The translations under genes were made by a program, and so were the position numbers. This document shows positions 1-25,269 of a DNA stretch of 64,000 nucleotides, piece by piece. Under the pieces are notes generated by a model. It had not been told where the DNA came from. It made no database searches and was given only the letters and a program-made list of their open reading frames with translations. This stretch comes from Macrostomum hystrix (taxonomy: Eukaryota > Animalia > Platyhelminthes), in assembly GCA_950097015.1 (NCBI GenBank), contig CATNEN010000037.1, forward strand, positions 1,984,001 to 2,048,000, given 5' to 3'. Position 1 is the first letter of the stretch; the number at the start of each line of letters is the position of its first letter.

Positions 1-688
1 GTTACGCCAAATGCTTTTTCGAATCGGTGGTATGCCAATGGTGGTACGCCAATTTTTTGGAAAACTTATTTGAAATCTCCAGCGTTCCAGTCACCTTCCG
101 GAGTATGGCCAACCACTTGGAAGATGAGATAGAAATAATGATATAGAATGGTGACTGATCAGTCCATCACTGGATAACCACACTAAGTTGGACATGGGTA
201 ATCAGGGGTTTTGTGTTGAGGTTAATTTAATGAAAGAGAATAAATATAGGATTGATCTTTAATAGACACATGGGAATCTGTTGAAGCTTAATCCTTTTAA
301 TTATAGTAGACTCACACATTATACAAGTGAATGATAGACTATGCAACACTAGGAAATCACTCAATGGTTTTGTGTGGCAGGTAGGGTATTTTTTATGGAA
401 GAATAATAAATATGATTAAACTTTAATAAAGGCATTGCATTGATAAGGACCTATTAAAAATTAATCCTAATAATTATAGTGTAGGCCTAAGGGCTTTTGT
501 GAGTACCACAAAAATAATACATATGACTCAGACACCATTATAACTAGGATAATGTAAAAGAGACAAATAATCATCCAATCACCGAAGAAAAGAGAGATGT
601 AAAGGTTTGCTTAGACCAAATGATTTTATTAAAATTTTAAAACCAATAAATTTATTAATTTTAGCTAATCTATCGCAACTGAGCTGCC

Positions 689-3127
689 ATGCTCCAGTGC
701 CTGTGGCGTGGTTGCCCTGTTGGTGGCGTGCACGCTGACCTGGCTAGTCACGTGATTGGACATGCAGCACAAATCGATTCTGGCAGCCTATCTTGCCATT
801 GGCTGGGCTGCCAACGTGGCGAGAAACCATTTTCTTTTCGCTACCAGTTGCACCAGCATGTTGCCTTGCACGCCAATGAAGGCCAGTTTGCCTGTCAACA
901 GTGTGGCAAGCGATTCAATACAGACACTTATCTGCGCCGGCACCTGGCCTCTCATCAACTGCCGGAGGAGCGTCGGCATGCCTGCGTTGTCTGCAGCAAA
1001 CGATTCGCCCACTCTGCTGACAAGAGTCGCTGCGAGCGCGGGCACCGAGGCCAGCTGCACAATTGTAGACACTGTGGCAAGGCCTTCAAGGACCCAAGCA
1101 ATTTGCGCAAGCATCGCAAGCGATGGCATAGCAACGAGTCTGCGCCTGACGGTAAATTGCCCTGCCATTTAGCCCTTCGTAATAGTGTGCTTTTATTAAA
1201 GTGCTGTCTATAACTAGCGGCATTTAGTTGCTGTGTAATTTGTTTCTTTTGATTCCCTCTGGTTAGCATGCACTACCTCCTAGATTCTCTCAGGACTAGA
1301 CCATTATTGTTAGCCGTCACTCTCCCAGACTATTCTTATGAGCCTGTCACTCTGTCTCTACAACACCATTATTGGTAGTCTGTGTCTCGCAGACCATTCT
1401 TGTTAGACTGTCACTCTCCCAGACCATTCTTGTTAGTCTGTCACTCTCCCAGACCATTCTTGTTAGACTGTCACTCTCCCAGACCATTCTTGTTAGCCGT
1501 CACTCTCCCAGACCATTCTTGTTAGACTGTCACTCTCCCTGACCATTCTTGTTAGCCGTCACTCTCCCAGACCATTCTTGTTAGCCGTCACTCTCCCAGA
1601 CCATTCTTGTTAGCCGTCACTCTCCCAGACCATTCTTGTTAGACTGTCACTCTCCCAGACCATTCTTGTTAGACTGTCACTCTCGCAGACTATTCTTGTT
1701 AGTCTGTCACTCTCCCAGACCATTCTTGTTAGACTGTCACTCTCCCAGACCATTCTTGTTAGCCGTCACTCTCCCAGACCATTCTTGTTAGTCTGTCACT
1801 CTCCCAGACCATTCTTGTTAGCCGTCACTCTCCCAGACCATTCTTGTTAGCCGTCACTCTCCCAGACCATTCTTGTTAGACTGTCACTCTCCCAGACCAT
1901 TCTTGTTAGACTGTCACTCTCCCAGACCATTCTTGTTAGACTGTCACTCTCGCAGACTATTCTTGTTAGTCTGTCACTCTCCCAGACCATTCTTGTTAGA
2001 CTGTCACTCTCCCAGACCATTCTTGTTAGACTGTCACTCTCGCAGACTATTCTTGTTAGTCTGTCACTCTCCCAGACCATTCTTGTTAGACTGTCACTCT
2101 CCCAGACCATTCTTGTTAGCCGTCACTCTCCCAGACCATTCTTGTTAGTCTGTCACTCTCCCAGACCATTATTGTTAGCCGTCACTCTCCCAGACCATTC
2201 TTGTTAGTCTGTCACTCTCGCAGACCATTCTTGTTAGACTGTCACTCTCCCAGACCATTCTTGTTAGCCGTCACTCTCCCAGACCATTCTTGTTAGTCTG
2301 TCACTCTCCCAGACCATTCTTGTTAGTCTGTCACTCTCCCAGACCATTCTTGTTAGTCTGTCACTCTCCCAGACCATTCTTGTTAGTCTGTCACTCTCCC
2401 AGACCATTCTTGTTAGTCTGTCACTCTCCCAGACCATTCTTGTTAGACTGTCACTCTCCCAGACCATTCTTGTTAGTCTGTCACTCTCCCAGACCATTCT
2501 TGTTAGCCGTCACTCTCCCAGACCATTCTTGTTAGCCGTCACTCTCCCAGACCATTCTTGTTAGCCTGTCAGACGGATTTTCATGGAATATTTAAAATCA
2601 CAGAATGCCCCTCTAGAATCTAAAAGCAACCTAATAACATCACAATTTCCTTAGATTCATTAACTGTCAAGCCGACTGGAACCATCCAGACAACGACGCC
2701 TTCAGTATCTTCGCCATCGCTGGGCCTAGACTCTATGGAGAAACCGTCTACAACTTCAGCGGAGGCCACAAATCTTCCGCCGCCTCCGCCGTTGCTTTCC
2801 GCGCCGCCCCAGACTGTTGTCTATTCATCCTGCGTATTGCCGCCAATATCTTCTTTTACTCTAAGCAAAGACGGCGCACTGGATCTAACACTCGGTGTGC
2901 CAATGGACAGCTTCTGTTGCCAACTAGCCGTTGATGGCACCTACCTGTCTGGCCATGACCGCAGTCAGGCAGTCTGCGGTGCTCTCGACCTCACCCAGTC
3001 TGCGCACCAGTTCGAGGCGGCTCTGTTCTGCAATTTTGATTCGGATCAATATTGTCCGGATCCGTTGGAGACTGGGCCAGGCAGGCCGGTGGATCTCAGC
3101 CTACCTAGGCTAGAATATTACTCTTGA
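689..3127 (+). CDS. C2H2 zinc-finger transcription factor, divergent GLI/GLIS/ZIC-like, about 311 aa; exons 689-1151 and 2655-3127
   Basis: Five fingers in the ORF at 689 (CLWRGC...HVIGH; CHWLGC...HVALH; CQQC...HLASH; CVVC...CERGH; CRHC...DPSNLRKHRKRWH). Donor G|GTAAAT at 1152 (phase 1) joins acceptor CCTTAG|AT at 2654 in frame with the ORF at 2735 (MEKPS...). An in-frame TGA just upstream supports ATG 689 as the start. Confidence 0.85.
1298..2570. repeat. Intronic minisatellite, 29/30-bp unit (CTGTCACTCTCCCAGACCATTCTTGTTAGA)
   Basis: Direct tandem copies fill most of the zinc-finger gene intron. Confidence 0.95.
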
Positions 3128-6100
3128 TATTGTAACTGTGTGTTTATATACCTGCGATTAATGCAGGATACTGTCTGATTTCATATATATTATGTTTTGT
3201 TGCTTATGTGTCAGACAAATTTAATTTGTCTTGGTTTTATTCTGTTTGGTAACTTAGGGGCATTATAAGTACACCATTTGCATGGTGGCCTACTCGTACT
3301 ATAACTATCTTTGCCGTTGCTGAAATAGCCATAGACTATTCCACAGTTCTGTACCCCTGTTAACAAGCTCGCGAGCGCAGCCCCTCGAAAATATATTCAA
3401 CTCTTTGCTTTCCCTTCTCCTTCTAGCTTTAAGAACTCAGTTGCGCAACTCAACACTTCTACACGACTGTCGCCTCTCTTGATTTTTTATTGCTTTTGTT
3501 ATTAGGAAGTTATCAACAATTGATTCGTTTGTTAAGATAGTTAAAAAAATTGTCATTCAGAAAGAAGTAAACAAAAGATGTTTTACTTTTATTGCTTTTT
3601 ATTGATAAACTGACATTATTCAGTAGGTAGAATATACATCGCGTCTATGTCAACGAGACCATATTCTACTGAGAGTAGTAGTATTGAAAGCATTGAGTAG
3701 TTAGTTTTTACACTACATACAATTATTTTTATATGAAAAGTGCTTCGCAGCATAAGCGTAAGCAAAACGGTTGCTATAGGTTACTAGAGAGTTGTGATGC
3801 TGTTTATGCATGTAGTTTCTAAAGACGGTTTTTATGATTAGACATATATGGTCGAATCCAATTATTACTGTGCCCTGTTTAGCACGTCCGTCTGGCTTCT
3901 TTTTTTCAGAGGCTTTTTCTCCGCTTTTGCTGAGATTTCTGTGGAACTGTGTCAATTAATTGGATTTAGTAGGGAATAAAGGTTAAATTGAGGTGTCACG
4001 CATACACTGCGTGTCAGTCGAGTTTTATAATCCCATTAGTTTAATTGCTTTCTTGTCTGACCTGCCGCGCTAGTCTCAGCCCCTTAGTCTCTAGAGCTTG
4101 ACGTATTAAGTTTTGTTCTGAGTTCGGAAGAAGTACGTCTGTCTGCACTCTGTTGTTATGACTATTCATAAATTATACCTTTGTATTACTTTTTTACTGA
4201 ACGAAAAACTGAGGCAAGTTAATCCCCGGCATTTTCAGGAAACAGTCTGTGGCTTATCGTTCTAAACAGCCTCGCACTTCACGGCCATAGAAAAATTTAT
4301 GGAAAAAAACCATAGACTTACAATTTAAACAATCCCCGAAAATAAATCCGGGGAATCGCATCCTTAAAACTTTTAGAATTAAAATCTATGTCCATAAACT
4401 TCTGGAAAACTACTTTAAATAGCGTGCTTAAATCGTAGAAGTACTTATATTATAATCACGTACCTGCACCGACAAAATGTACCATTAATTACTTCGTCTA
4501 AAGGTTATACACTTGAGTCACATTTTAGCTCACTAACTTTCTTACTTCACTAATAGTCTGGTATTGATCGATCTGAAGAGTGGAAAATATAAATTTACCA
4601 TCTTTCGCAACAAAACTGACACATACTAGTTAGTATAGAGCACTTGATATAGTACCATTCTAAGAAACTAGTTTGATTCAGTGACAAAATTTCCCCAGTC
4701 AAGTTCTGAAGAGGTTTCCAAGGACCACTCTGAGTAGGATGGGAAACTGCGTTTCTTAGAAAAAGTTTACGAGGCTGGTTTTCGCCGAGAAAGACATTTA
4801 TAACTTCATCGATCTTTGTAAAGTTTTATTAGTGAATAAGCCCTCCCCTTTGACTGAAAATGCATAATTGGGCTCCTGAAGCAATACAACCACTCGGAAA
4901 CTAGTTTTTTATTTTCTGACAAGTATCAAAATAAAAAAGTTATTAAATTTTCCACTAACCTTATGACTTATTTATAATTCGTGTCTGCAAATATAGACCC
5001 TGCTAATTTTATTTATTTTTGTATAGTAAAGAAAAAGGTATAAAGACCAACTTTCAGGAATAAAGCTTTGTAAAATGCAACATGTTACGTAAATTTCAGA
5101 TATTTAATCTTCAAAAGTAGAGCTTTAGATCTGCGACCAATAATTACAATTTTAAATTGAAAAACTGACGATTTCCTATCTCCGTAGTGAATTTTTCGGT
5201 GGAAACCAGCCTCTTAAATATATTCAAAGAAACGTAGTTCCCCGTACTTCTTCTCCTAGCGGTCCTTGGAGGTTTCGCTTGAAACTCAAGCCAAGGCAGT
5301 CTGCAGCTCCTGTCGATAATGAGTTCGGCAAACTGACACAGTGTTGCCGCCACCCCCATGGCCAGCTGCTGTCGGAGGATGTACCTAAGTTGTGCATGAC
5401 TGAGAAACTGAAACGTTTCAATGCAAGCAGCTATCTTCACAGAGTACTCTTTCCGCTCTGAGCCTTATCCCTTTATTCTCTTTGTCATCTTCAAAAGCTA
5501 ATCAGACGTCGCCGAGGAAATCAATATCCTCACTGACTTCCCTTTTGATTCATCATTCGGTTGCATGTCGAGTGGAAATTGTCCTCTGCAGCACGTCATG
5601 CCGTTTGCTTCATTTCGTTAATTTATCCATCTCGAGTGGCTGTTCATGTCGCAATGGCGCAGACGATGACGATGCAGTTAGGATGACTTCTAGGAACAGA
5701 AGCTACGAAATAGATTTCATTGAAATTCATCCTAATAGCCTGTAATTACACGTATTGCCCTACAATGTAACCCGCTTGGGCTTGCACTAATTTTTATAGA
5801 CAACATAAAAAAGTTTTTCCTGTTTAAGTATGTTTTATAATGATTGTTTAACTCCTACAATTTAGCAAAAGTCACTTATTACAGGAAGGTGACAGCACTA
5901 TAATAACCATTTTTAAAGCCAGATGGGTGGGTTTGGGCGGGTTTGATTGCTTAAGGGGATGGGACTGGGGTGCATGGGACATGACTGAAGTAGATTTTTT
6001 GACATTGCATTGCATTGTGTGCATTGCAGCCATACAAGCAGATGGACAGTTTCAACAGCCATTTTAGACTTCTCGACGAGGCTCATATAGCTCATATAAG

Positions 6101-6642
6101 CTGTTTTACAAGTGCAAAGGCGATCTGTGCGTGGGCAACTGAAAACACACTCGCCTCTGACTGCCTGGGACTGGGACATCCTTCGACTGCAACCGTCCCT
6201 CGCGCCCTGTTCCCCTAGCTAAAGCACATCCAGACTCAGAGCTCAGACCAGCGCTGTTGTGATCAGTGTACGGCAGCTGAGTGAGGGGAGCCGAAACTGG
6301 GTCCCCGCCACTGAGTACTCGAGCCTCTGCCCCCTCGCCTGTGTTGGGAAGAGTTTGTAGGGTGGGGAAGGCGAAGAAGAAGCAGCGGGATAGGAAAGAG
6401 AGACGGAAGATCAGGCCAGTTCGGAATGGAGGCGACGGCGCTGGCTGTCGCTAGGAGCAACGGATGGGGGGAGATCTATCTCGTTGGAGAAGGATATGGC
6501 AAAGATTTAGAAGGGCGATGCGCTTCGTCCTAGCTCGCCTATCTCCTTGCTAGCAGCTTCTTTTTTTCACTCCAGCAGAAGACGACTGAGAAAAGTTCGG
6601 GCAGTGTCCGTGGCTGCAGTTGGTCGGTACCAATCCTAAGCT

Positions 6643-6723
6643 ATGACGCTGGTGAACTGTGCATCCGACGCAAGCGAGGACGAAGATGGACAGCAGGCTA
6701 CTGAGCAGCAGCAACAGCAACCG

Positions 6724-6755
<32 letters not shown>

Positions 6756-8523
6756 TCAGCAACAGATCGGTGGTAACTCTGCCCTGGACAACTGGCGCCA
6801 CACTTACGTGGTTACCAAGCTCGAAGCCATGGTACAGGCGATGCAACACCCGCAGACCGGGGTAACTTTTCGGGCCCAAAAAGCCTTCCTCACCTCCGTG
6901 CCAGCTGCCGTTGCCGGCAGCGATCTGATCGCCTGGGTGCGGCAGTTCACTGGAGCCGAGGAACCGACCGAAGCCAATCACATAGCCAGCCTGCTGTCCA
7001 TCTATGGCTATGTTTATCCGCTGAGCGATGATTATTCGTTGGCGGTAAGGGATGATCCGTCATGTTTGTACCGTTTTCAGTCGCCTTACTACTGGTTGTC
7101 GATTTCCGGCCGGCCGGACAACCTGGACTACGCCATCTATCTCGTGAAGCGAATGATTCGCAGCAAGCAGAAGCCTGGGTTTGAAGACTTTGAAAAGCTG
7201 GCTCTGTCCAAGCTGCAGAAGCTGCTAGCCGACCGTTGGCAGTTTATCGCTCTGCAGGCCGAGGAGGAGCTGAAGCTGCTGCGGGAACGCAAGAAGAACG
7301 ACCGGATGGTGCTAGAGATGCAGGAACAGGCTTACTGGCGGGTGCACCGGCCGCCACCTGGCTACATCAACTCGGTCGATCACCCAGTGGCGCGACACTT
7401 CAGCATCACCCAGGTACAGAACCGGCTGGCCAAGCAGCATCGACGTCGTCAGCACAAGGCGTCCTTAGCCAGCAGTCAGAATGCGCATCACAAATCAGGC
7501 GAGACCATTGTTGCGTGCTACGAGATCTCCAAGGCCTTCGATTGGTTCCTGCACACTCGCCCCACGGCGGCGGGTGCCGTAGGCGGCGCGGCTACGACGC
7601 AGCCTCCAACGAACGGCAGCAACTCGGCAGGCGGTGGCGCTGGCGGTGCTGGCCCAGCTGCTGACGCGTCTTTCAGTGAGGCTGAGCACGCTTGTGGCCC
7701 GTCGGCTGAGAGTGCCGCCCTGGCGGCCGGTCAGTCACCATGGCTCGGTGACGACGTAGCCGCGTTTCAAAACAGCCTGGGCACCGGCGAGAGCGGCCTG
7801 ACGCCCAAGCAGGTGAAAATGTGGTCCGCGTACTTCGACTTTCTACTTCGTGACGCGGCTGGTAGAGAGTACTTCAAACAGTTTCTGAACAAGGAGTTCA
7901 GCTCGGAGAATCTTCGCTTCTATCTGGCAGTGCAGGACTACAAGTTCGGACCAAGTCAGCAACTGCGGACGCGCATGACTCAGATTTTTGACGAGTTTCT
8001 GGCCTCGGGTGCTCCATCTGAGATCAACATAGACTCAAAGACCATGACTATGACGCAGAAGGGCATGCAGTCCCCAACACGATTCACGTTTGAAGAAGCG
8101 CAGGAGCACATCTACCTGTTGATGAAAAAGGACAGCTATCAAAGATTTCTTCGCTCCGAAGACTACAAATCGCTGCTGCAGTCAACAATTGATCGGCATG
8201 CTATGAAGAAGCGCGGCGCCCTGTTCAACTTTGGCAAGAAAGCTCCGCAGCCGACGCCATCAGCTGCGGCTCAGCCGGCAGCGGCGGTGACACAACGAGT
8301 CAAGGTGGAAGCCCAGGGCAGCCTGGAGGCGTCAACCTCGTCTGGTGCTCGGATAGCCAAGGCCAGGCCGGTGGAACAGGCTGGACCCAGCGGCTGCGAC
8401 CCGGGCGCCATCGGTAGGTCGAACGGAGACGAAGTGGCGCCGTGGGAGACCTCCGAGTCGTCAGCACCGCCGCCGGAGAGAAAACCAGACTCGTCGACTG
8501 TCACTCCTTGGGAGGACAACTGA
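6643..8523 (+). CDS. RGS7: R7-family regulator of G-protein signalling (DEP-DHEX-GGL-RGS), RGS6/RGS7/EGL-10-like, 626 aa, single coding exon
   Basis: DEP region (GSDLIAWV...YGYVYP...YRFQSPYYW), DHEX (PDNLDYAIYLVKR...QEQAYWRVHRPPPG), GGL remnants (AFDWFL...SPWLGDD) and RGS box (LLRDAAGREYFKQFLNKEFSSENLRFYLAV...KKDSYQRFLRS). Confidence 0.93.
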
Positions 8524-9649
8524 GACAGATTGAGACTGTTTTGTAGATGTCTGAGTTGGTGTTTTCTTAATAGCTTATAAACTTGGCAGACAAAGTGACC
8601 GTCATATGCTAGAAATATGCTCATACATATGTATATCCCTTGAGACTTTATTAGCAGACAATGAGTAATTTCGCACTTTATTTTCAAAGTAAAGAATCTC
8701 TCCCTATGCATGCTCTGTACCCTTGCAGATGGCATGCACGTCTATATAGAATCTTGCTTGCGCTATACTTTGCTAATCTGTAGATTCCTTTTTACATTGA
8801 ACTGTTTATCTATAATGCTTATCCAACAATATCCAACACACGGAAGCAGATCAACAGATTATTTTTTTAATTTGCGCATTACGCTATTTAACAAACGATT
8901 CTGGTTCTCCGAAGCGCAATCGTTAGCACATTTGTCTAACATGCATGAAAATATAACATTTATTATGAACAGTGTGTAATAGCTTATCAATTTTATATAC
9001 AATGACTCATCATTAAGGAGTTTGAGGCATAGCGCTTAACATAAGTAGGAGACGCTGTTGCTCTGCGATGGCCGGCAAATAGTCTGAGATCTGTGGTTGA
9101 ATTATATATTGCTACTGCAAGGCTTGTCTAGTAGCAATCGCAACTTGTATTACTTGAGGTATTCAGATCCAATTACTCTAAAGCTGGCATGGACGCTACT
9201 GTTTCTGCTAAATGAATTTACGAATGTGAACTTCGTAAAATATATAAATTTTGTCTTCATAAAAGCACAGGGTCAATTATTCCACTTTTACATATGTATA
9301 TATTGGCCCTATATTTTCATTAATACTACTCGTATCTCTTGACCATCTATTGTTCTACAGAAGAGGCACACTATCTCTTAATGTATGCATGCAACATGTA
9401 CTTAAATAATTTGTGCAATTAAACTGCCTCTTCACCTGCCGTTCATTTCAGTTTCAATAAGCGAGTCGCAATTGCGAATGTCGCCAGCAATTGTTTTGCT
9501 TTGAAATGGTACGTTAGATAGCTGTTATCAACATCCAAATGACATGTCAAATATAATCAGGATTGCTGATTATATACTATTGCGAGCTTACAGCACGGTA
9601 TAAAAATAGTCCGGCTGCGTGATATTTAACGGTACGTCGATTAGAGATA

Positions 9650-10235
9650 CGAGGGGCATTCAATAAGTTTCCGGATGCACAGAAATGAAAAGCGTCAGAG
9701 GGAAGATAAATGTCAGGCCTTTTCGAAGACTCTCCAGCAGCTTCAATGCACTTTCTCATCCTTTCAAACCAAGTAGCAAAGCAGACAGCCCACTCTGACT
9801 GAGGGATGTCAAACAGGTGACTTTGGAAGGCCTCGACGGCCTGTTCCGGCGATGCAAATCGGACTCCCTTGAGCAGGCGCTTGACTTGTGGGAACACAAA
9901 GAAGTCACACGGTGCCAAGTCGGGGCTGTAGGGTGGGTGCTGAAGCAGTTGGACGCGATTCTGCTCCATGAACTCCACAGTTAGTCGCGCAGTGTGGGCC
10001 GGGGCGTTGTCCTGGTGGAGCAGCAACCCGCGATGGCGAGTCCTTGGGCGCTTCTCAGCGATGGATTGCAGCACCTGGGGCATATACACTCGGTTACATA
10101 CCAGCCCGCAGTCACCGTCCGCTGTGTTACCAGCGGAATCATGGCTACGGGACCGCTGCGAGCCACAAAAACAGCCACCATCTGCTTGGCGACGCTTCGC
10201 GACCGCACCAGCTTTGAAGGTGGCGGGCTGCCAAT
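9650..10235 (-). mobile_element. 5'-truncated mariner (DD34D-type) transposon remnant with one TIR
   Basis: Minus-strand translation gives SPPPSKLVRSRSVAKQMVAVF...LLHQDNAPAH...HPPYSPDLAPCDFFVFPQVK. Frameshifts near 10085 (extra 2 nt) and 9730 (1-nt loss in EYFEKA-stop). TA plus TIR CGAGGGGCATTCAATAAGTTTCC starts at 9648; no partner TIR was found. Confidence 0.9.
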
Positions 10236-12090
10236 GAATGGACTGAAAATGTCTCTAAAATTATTTTTTTTAAATCATTTTTGCTAGAACTTTCGAAGCG
10301 CTGAATTGAATGCAATATGATACCAATCAAAGTATTGCTAGATTTGGTTGTAGAATGAAGAACTAAACATTTTTAGAATTATGATCAGGCTGCATATTTT
10401 ATTTTACTGCAAGACTTAATTGCGTTCAGAACAAAAAATCACACAATCTTCATGCTATTTTTAACAATGAAATGCGAGTATACTATCGTACAGTACTCGT
10501 ACTATGAATGTATTTGCCAATTATTTTGAGCCCCAGAACAAAGTTTTTTGCATAAAAATAATATACGCTCCTCCGCACGGTACACAGTGGCCTAAATGAC
10601 AAATGAGCAGCGTCAAATCACGTGTTTGAAAGCGAAATCCTCCGGCACTATGTCTCGTACAATACGTCTGATTGAGTTCGACCGCATATCATCAGAAAGT
10701 GCAGTCGAAATAGTATAGCGCGCTGATTGACCCGCTCGCGCCTGCCCAGTCCCCTGCTGAATCCGCAAGCCGCATATATATGCATCACATTAAATAGAGA
10801 TGTCCTTCGTTGTTGGCATATATTTGTGCAGGGTGCATGGTCTCCACAACCATCTGACTAAGATGTAACCTGCAGGCGCTGTCTTTCAGGATCACGCAGA
10901 TAGAGCAGGACGTGCACGTGCACACACGAGCTGCCGAGGTAGCTAGGCCACGCTTTGCCGCGTAGTCTCGGCTGTCTCGCTAGGTCGTCGCCCTCATCTT
11001 GCTAAAGTCCGCGCAGGAGGCAAAAGTGATGGCAATTTGGAAGCAGATTTCTGATCGACCGTCGGTGTCTCGCAGTCGAATCTCACGTCACGTCATTGTT
11101 AGAAAATTAATTGTTACCGTATTTTTCGTTAATAATGCTGCCAAATTTTGCTGCCACCGCTTCCAGGATGTGTAGCTCTTGGGTCCCTGCGTTCGTCCGC
11201 GAGGATATAGCAGCTGCAGCATGGGTGATAGGGCGAATGTGTGCATTGCCGGAAGACAGTACCGGCGGACCGGCCCGCTGTGACTACCAGACTGTGAAAT
11301 CTGGTATCAAAAGTGCATCTCTACGCGACACGCCGAGAATGTGCACACGAATTCAATGCATGTAAATTAATATCGACTTATTTGTGTATATATTGATATA
11401 AATTACGCATTTTGCCTTGCAAGTTAATATTGCTGCACTTACATATAAATACTTTGATTTCGAATTTGCAGGTCAGGCAGTGGAGCCCATATCATACGCA
11501 GTTATCAATGCACATGTGCGCAGTACATGCAAGATGTTATATTATGTAAATGCATATGTAATGCTTCGACGTTTAGTTCAGTAAAAACAGGAATCCACGG
11601 AGCTAGTTTTCCCTGATTGCAGGCATATAGCATAATTAAATCCCACAGGACATTTCACCCGCAGAAAGTATAGTAGCCAGTAGGAGTGAGTAGTCAATCC
11701 TAGTGGTCCTTAAACTTAATTAAACGATCGAATTTGCTCACGAGTTAGTGCATTGTTCGTTAGCTTTTTAAAGATCGTCAACCTTATTATGCATTTACAA
11801 CATACAACTGGCATATATAAGTTCGTAACGGACCTAATGGTGCAAAATATTTGCCAAAAGCAAAGTAAAAACTTAAAGTTTTAAAGTTCACAATTAAATG
11901 ACTACTAATCTAAATAGTTGTAAAAAAATATTTTTTTTGTTTTAAACTTTGTTTTACAGTGCTATCGCCCATATTTAAAATCGCATTGTAACCAATCGCG
12001 CTATTATGTCAAGTGCAGGGTAGTCGTTTTTGTCTGGTGTGCCTGCTGTGCCAACGTCGCAATACCTTTCAATTTAAGGAAATCATTATC

Positions 12091-24151
<12,061 letters not shown>

Positions 24152-25269
24152 TTGGCATCTTAATATTGTAATTTTTTATAAAGTTATATCTATATTTTGT
24201 TCCTGCTATTTTACCCCAAACGGTTGCACTTTTATAACCTTAAATAATCAAGCCAAAACAATGAAGTCTATTGGTAATTTGATACACTCTTTCGAAGTTC
24301 GCCAATGCGAATTGCATGCTCTCACTGAATTGTTTAGTTTCAAATTTCGAATCACTAAACCAGTATAAATCAGCACTTTATATGTTATGTTTAATCGTGT
24401 TTTTCTCATTTGTTTTTTTTCATTGTCTTTTTAAACCCACTGGAGTTTTACTACACCCCTGCGCAACAGAAGGTCTGGCCAGTCCAATACATGCATTTCC
24501 TATGTCACCTTTGTGTGACCTGTAATAATTAACTGCTGTTTATGAATACTTTTAGTACTGTCACATGGAAAATGTTTATGAGTAACACTGACAGGTTATT
24601 AAGATGATCATATCAATAAAATCATTTGAACTATGCCGATTGAATAGATTACAAGGACGAAGTATTGACAGACCGGCTTTTCCTTTCCTTTGTTTGTCGC
24701 AGTAATGACGCATTTGTTTTACACCTTATAAAAGCAATTAAATTTATTTAACAACAGGCATTTGTGCTCGTCCGAAAACCGCAGTTTTCTACTGATTTTA
24801 ACAAAGTTATATCGGCTGAAATACTTTTTTCCTATAAATAGACGGGTCTATTTTTTTACATCTACAATTTATATTCGTGTATGAAAGCCATATTATCCAT
24901 GCAAAGTTTTGTGCTAATAGTTTCTCTTTAAACTTCCACCTCGTGCCGCACAGGAAAATAACAATGTGTCAAATTGTAAAGACAAAATCATTGTCGTATC
25001 TTTACGTTAACTAGTTGCGACTTCTGTGTTTTTATTTTATTTTTAAATGGTTGTATTAATAGGTATATTTAACAAATTAGTCTTCCCTAAAGCTACAATT
25101 ACCTTGACTAATCCTTGCGTACACTACCTGCCCTGCTTCTTTTGGAGTAAGGGTGTACACCACAGCCTCTTGAATCCTTCATCATTCTACCGCAATCTTC
25201 TCAAATTTACCAACATTTGAGAACACCGATCCTTCCTAATCCACTAGCAGGGGGACAGATTGGGACCAA

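Noticed and set aside
5140-5760. Moderately GC-rich block with short ORFs on both strands
   Set aside because: No recognisable protein and no consistent splice-phase solution; left unannotated.
6550-8735. Antisense and alternative-frame ORFs overlapping RGS (likewise over katanin, TDRKH, MCM6 and the 654-aa gene)
   Set aside because: Expected shadows of GC-rich coding sequence with no independent motifs.
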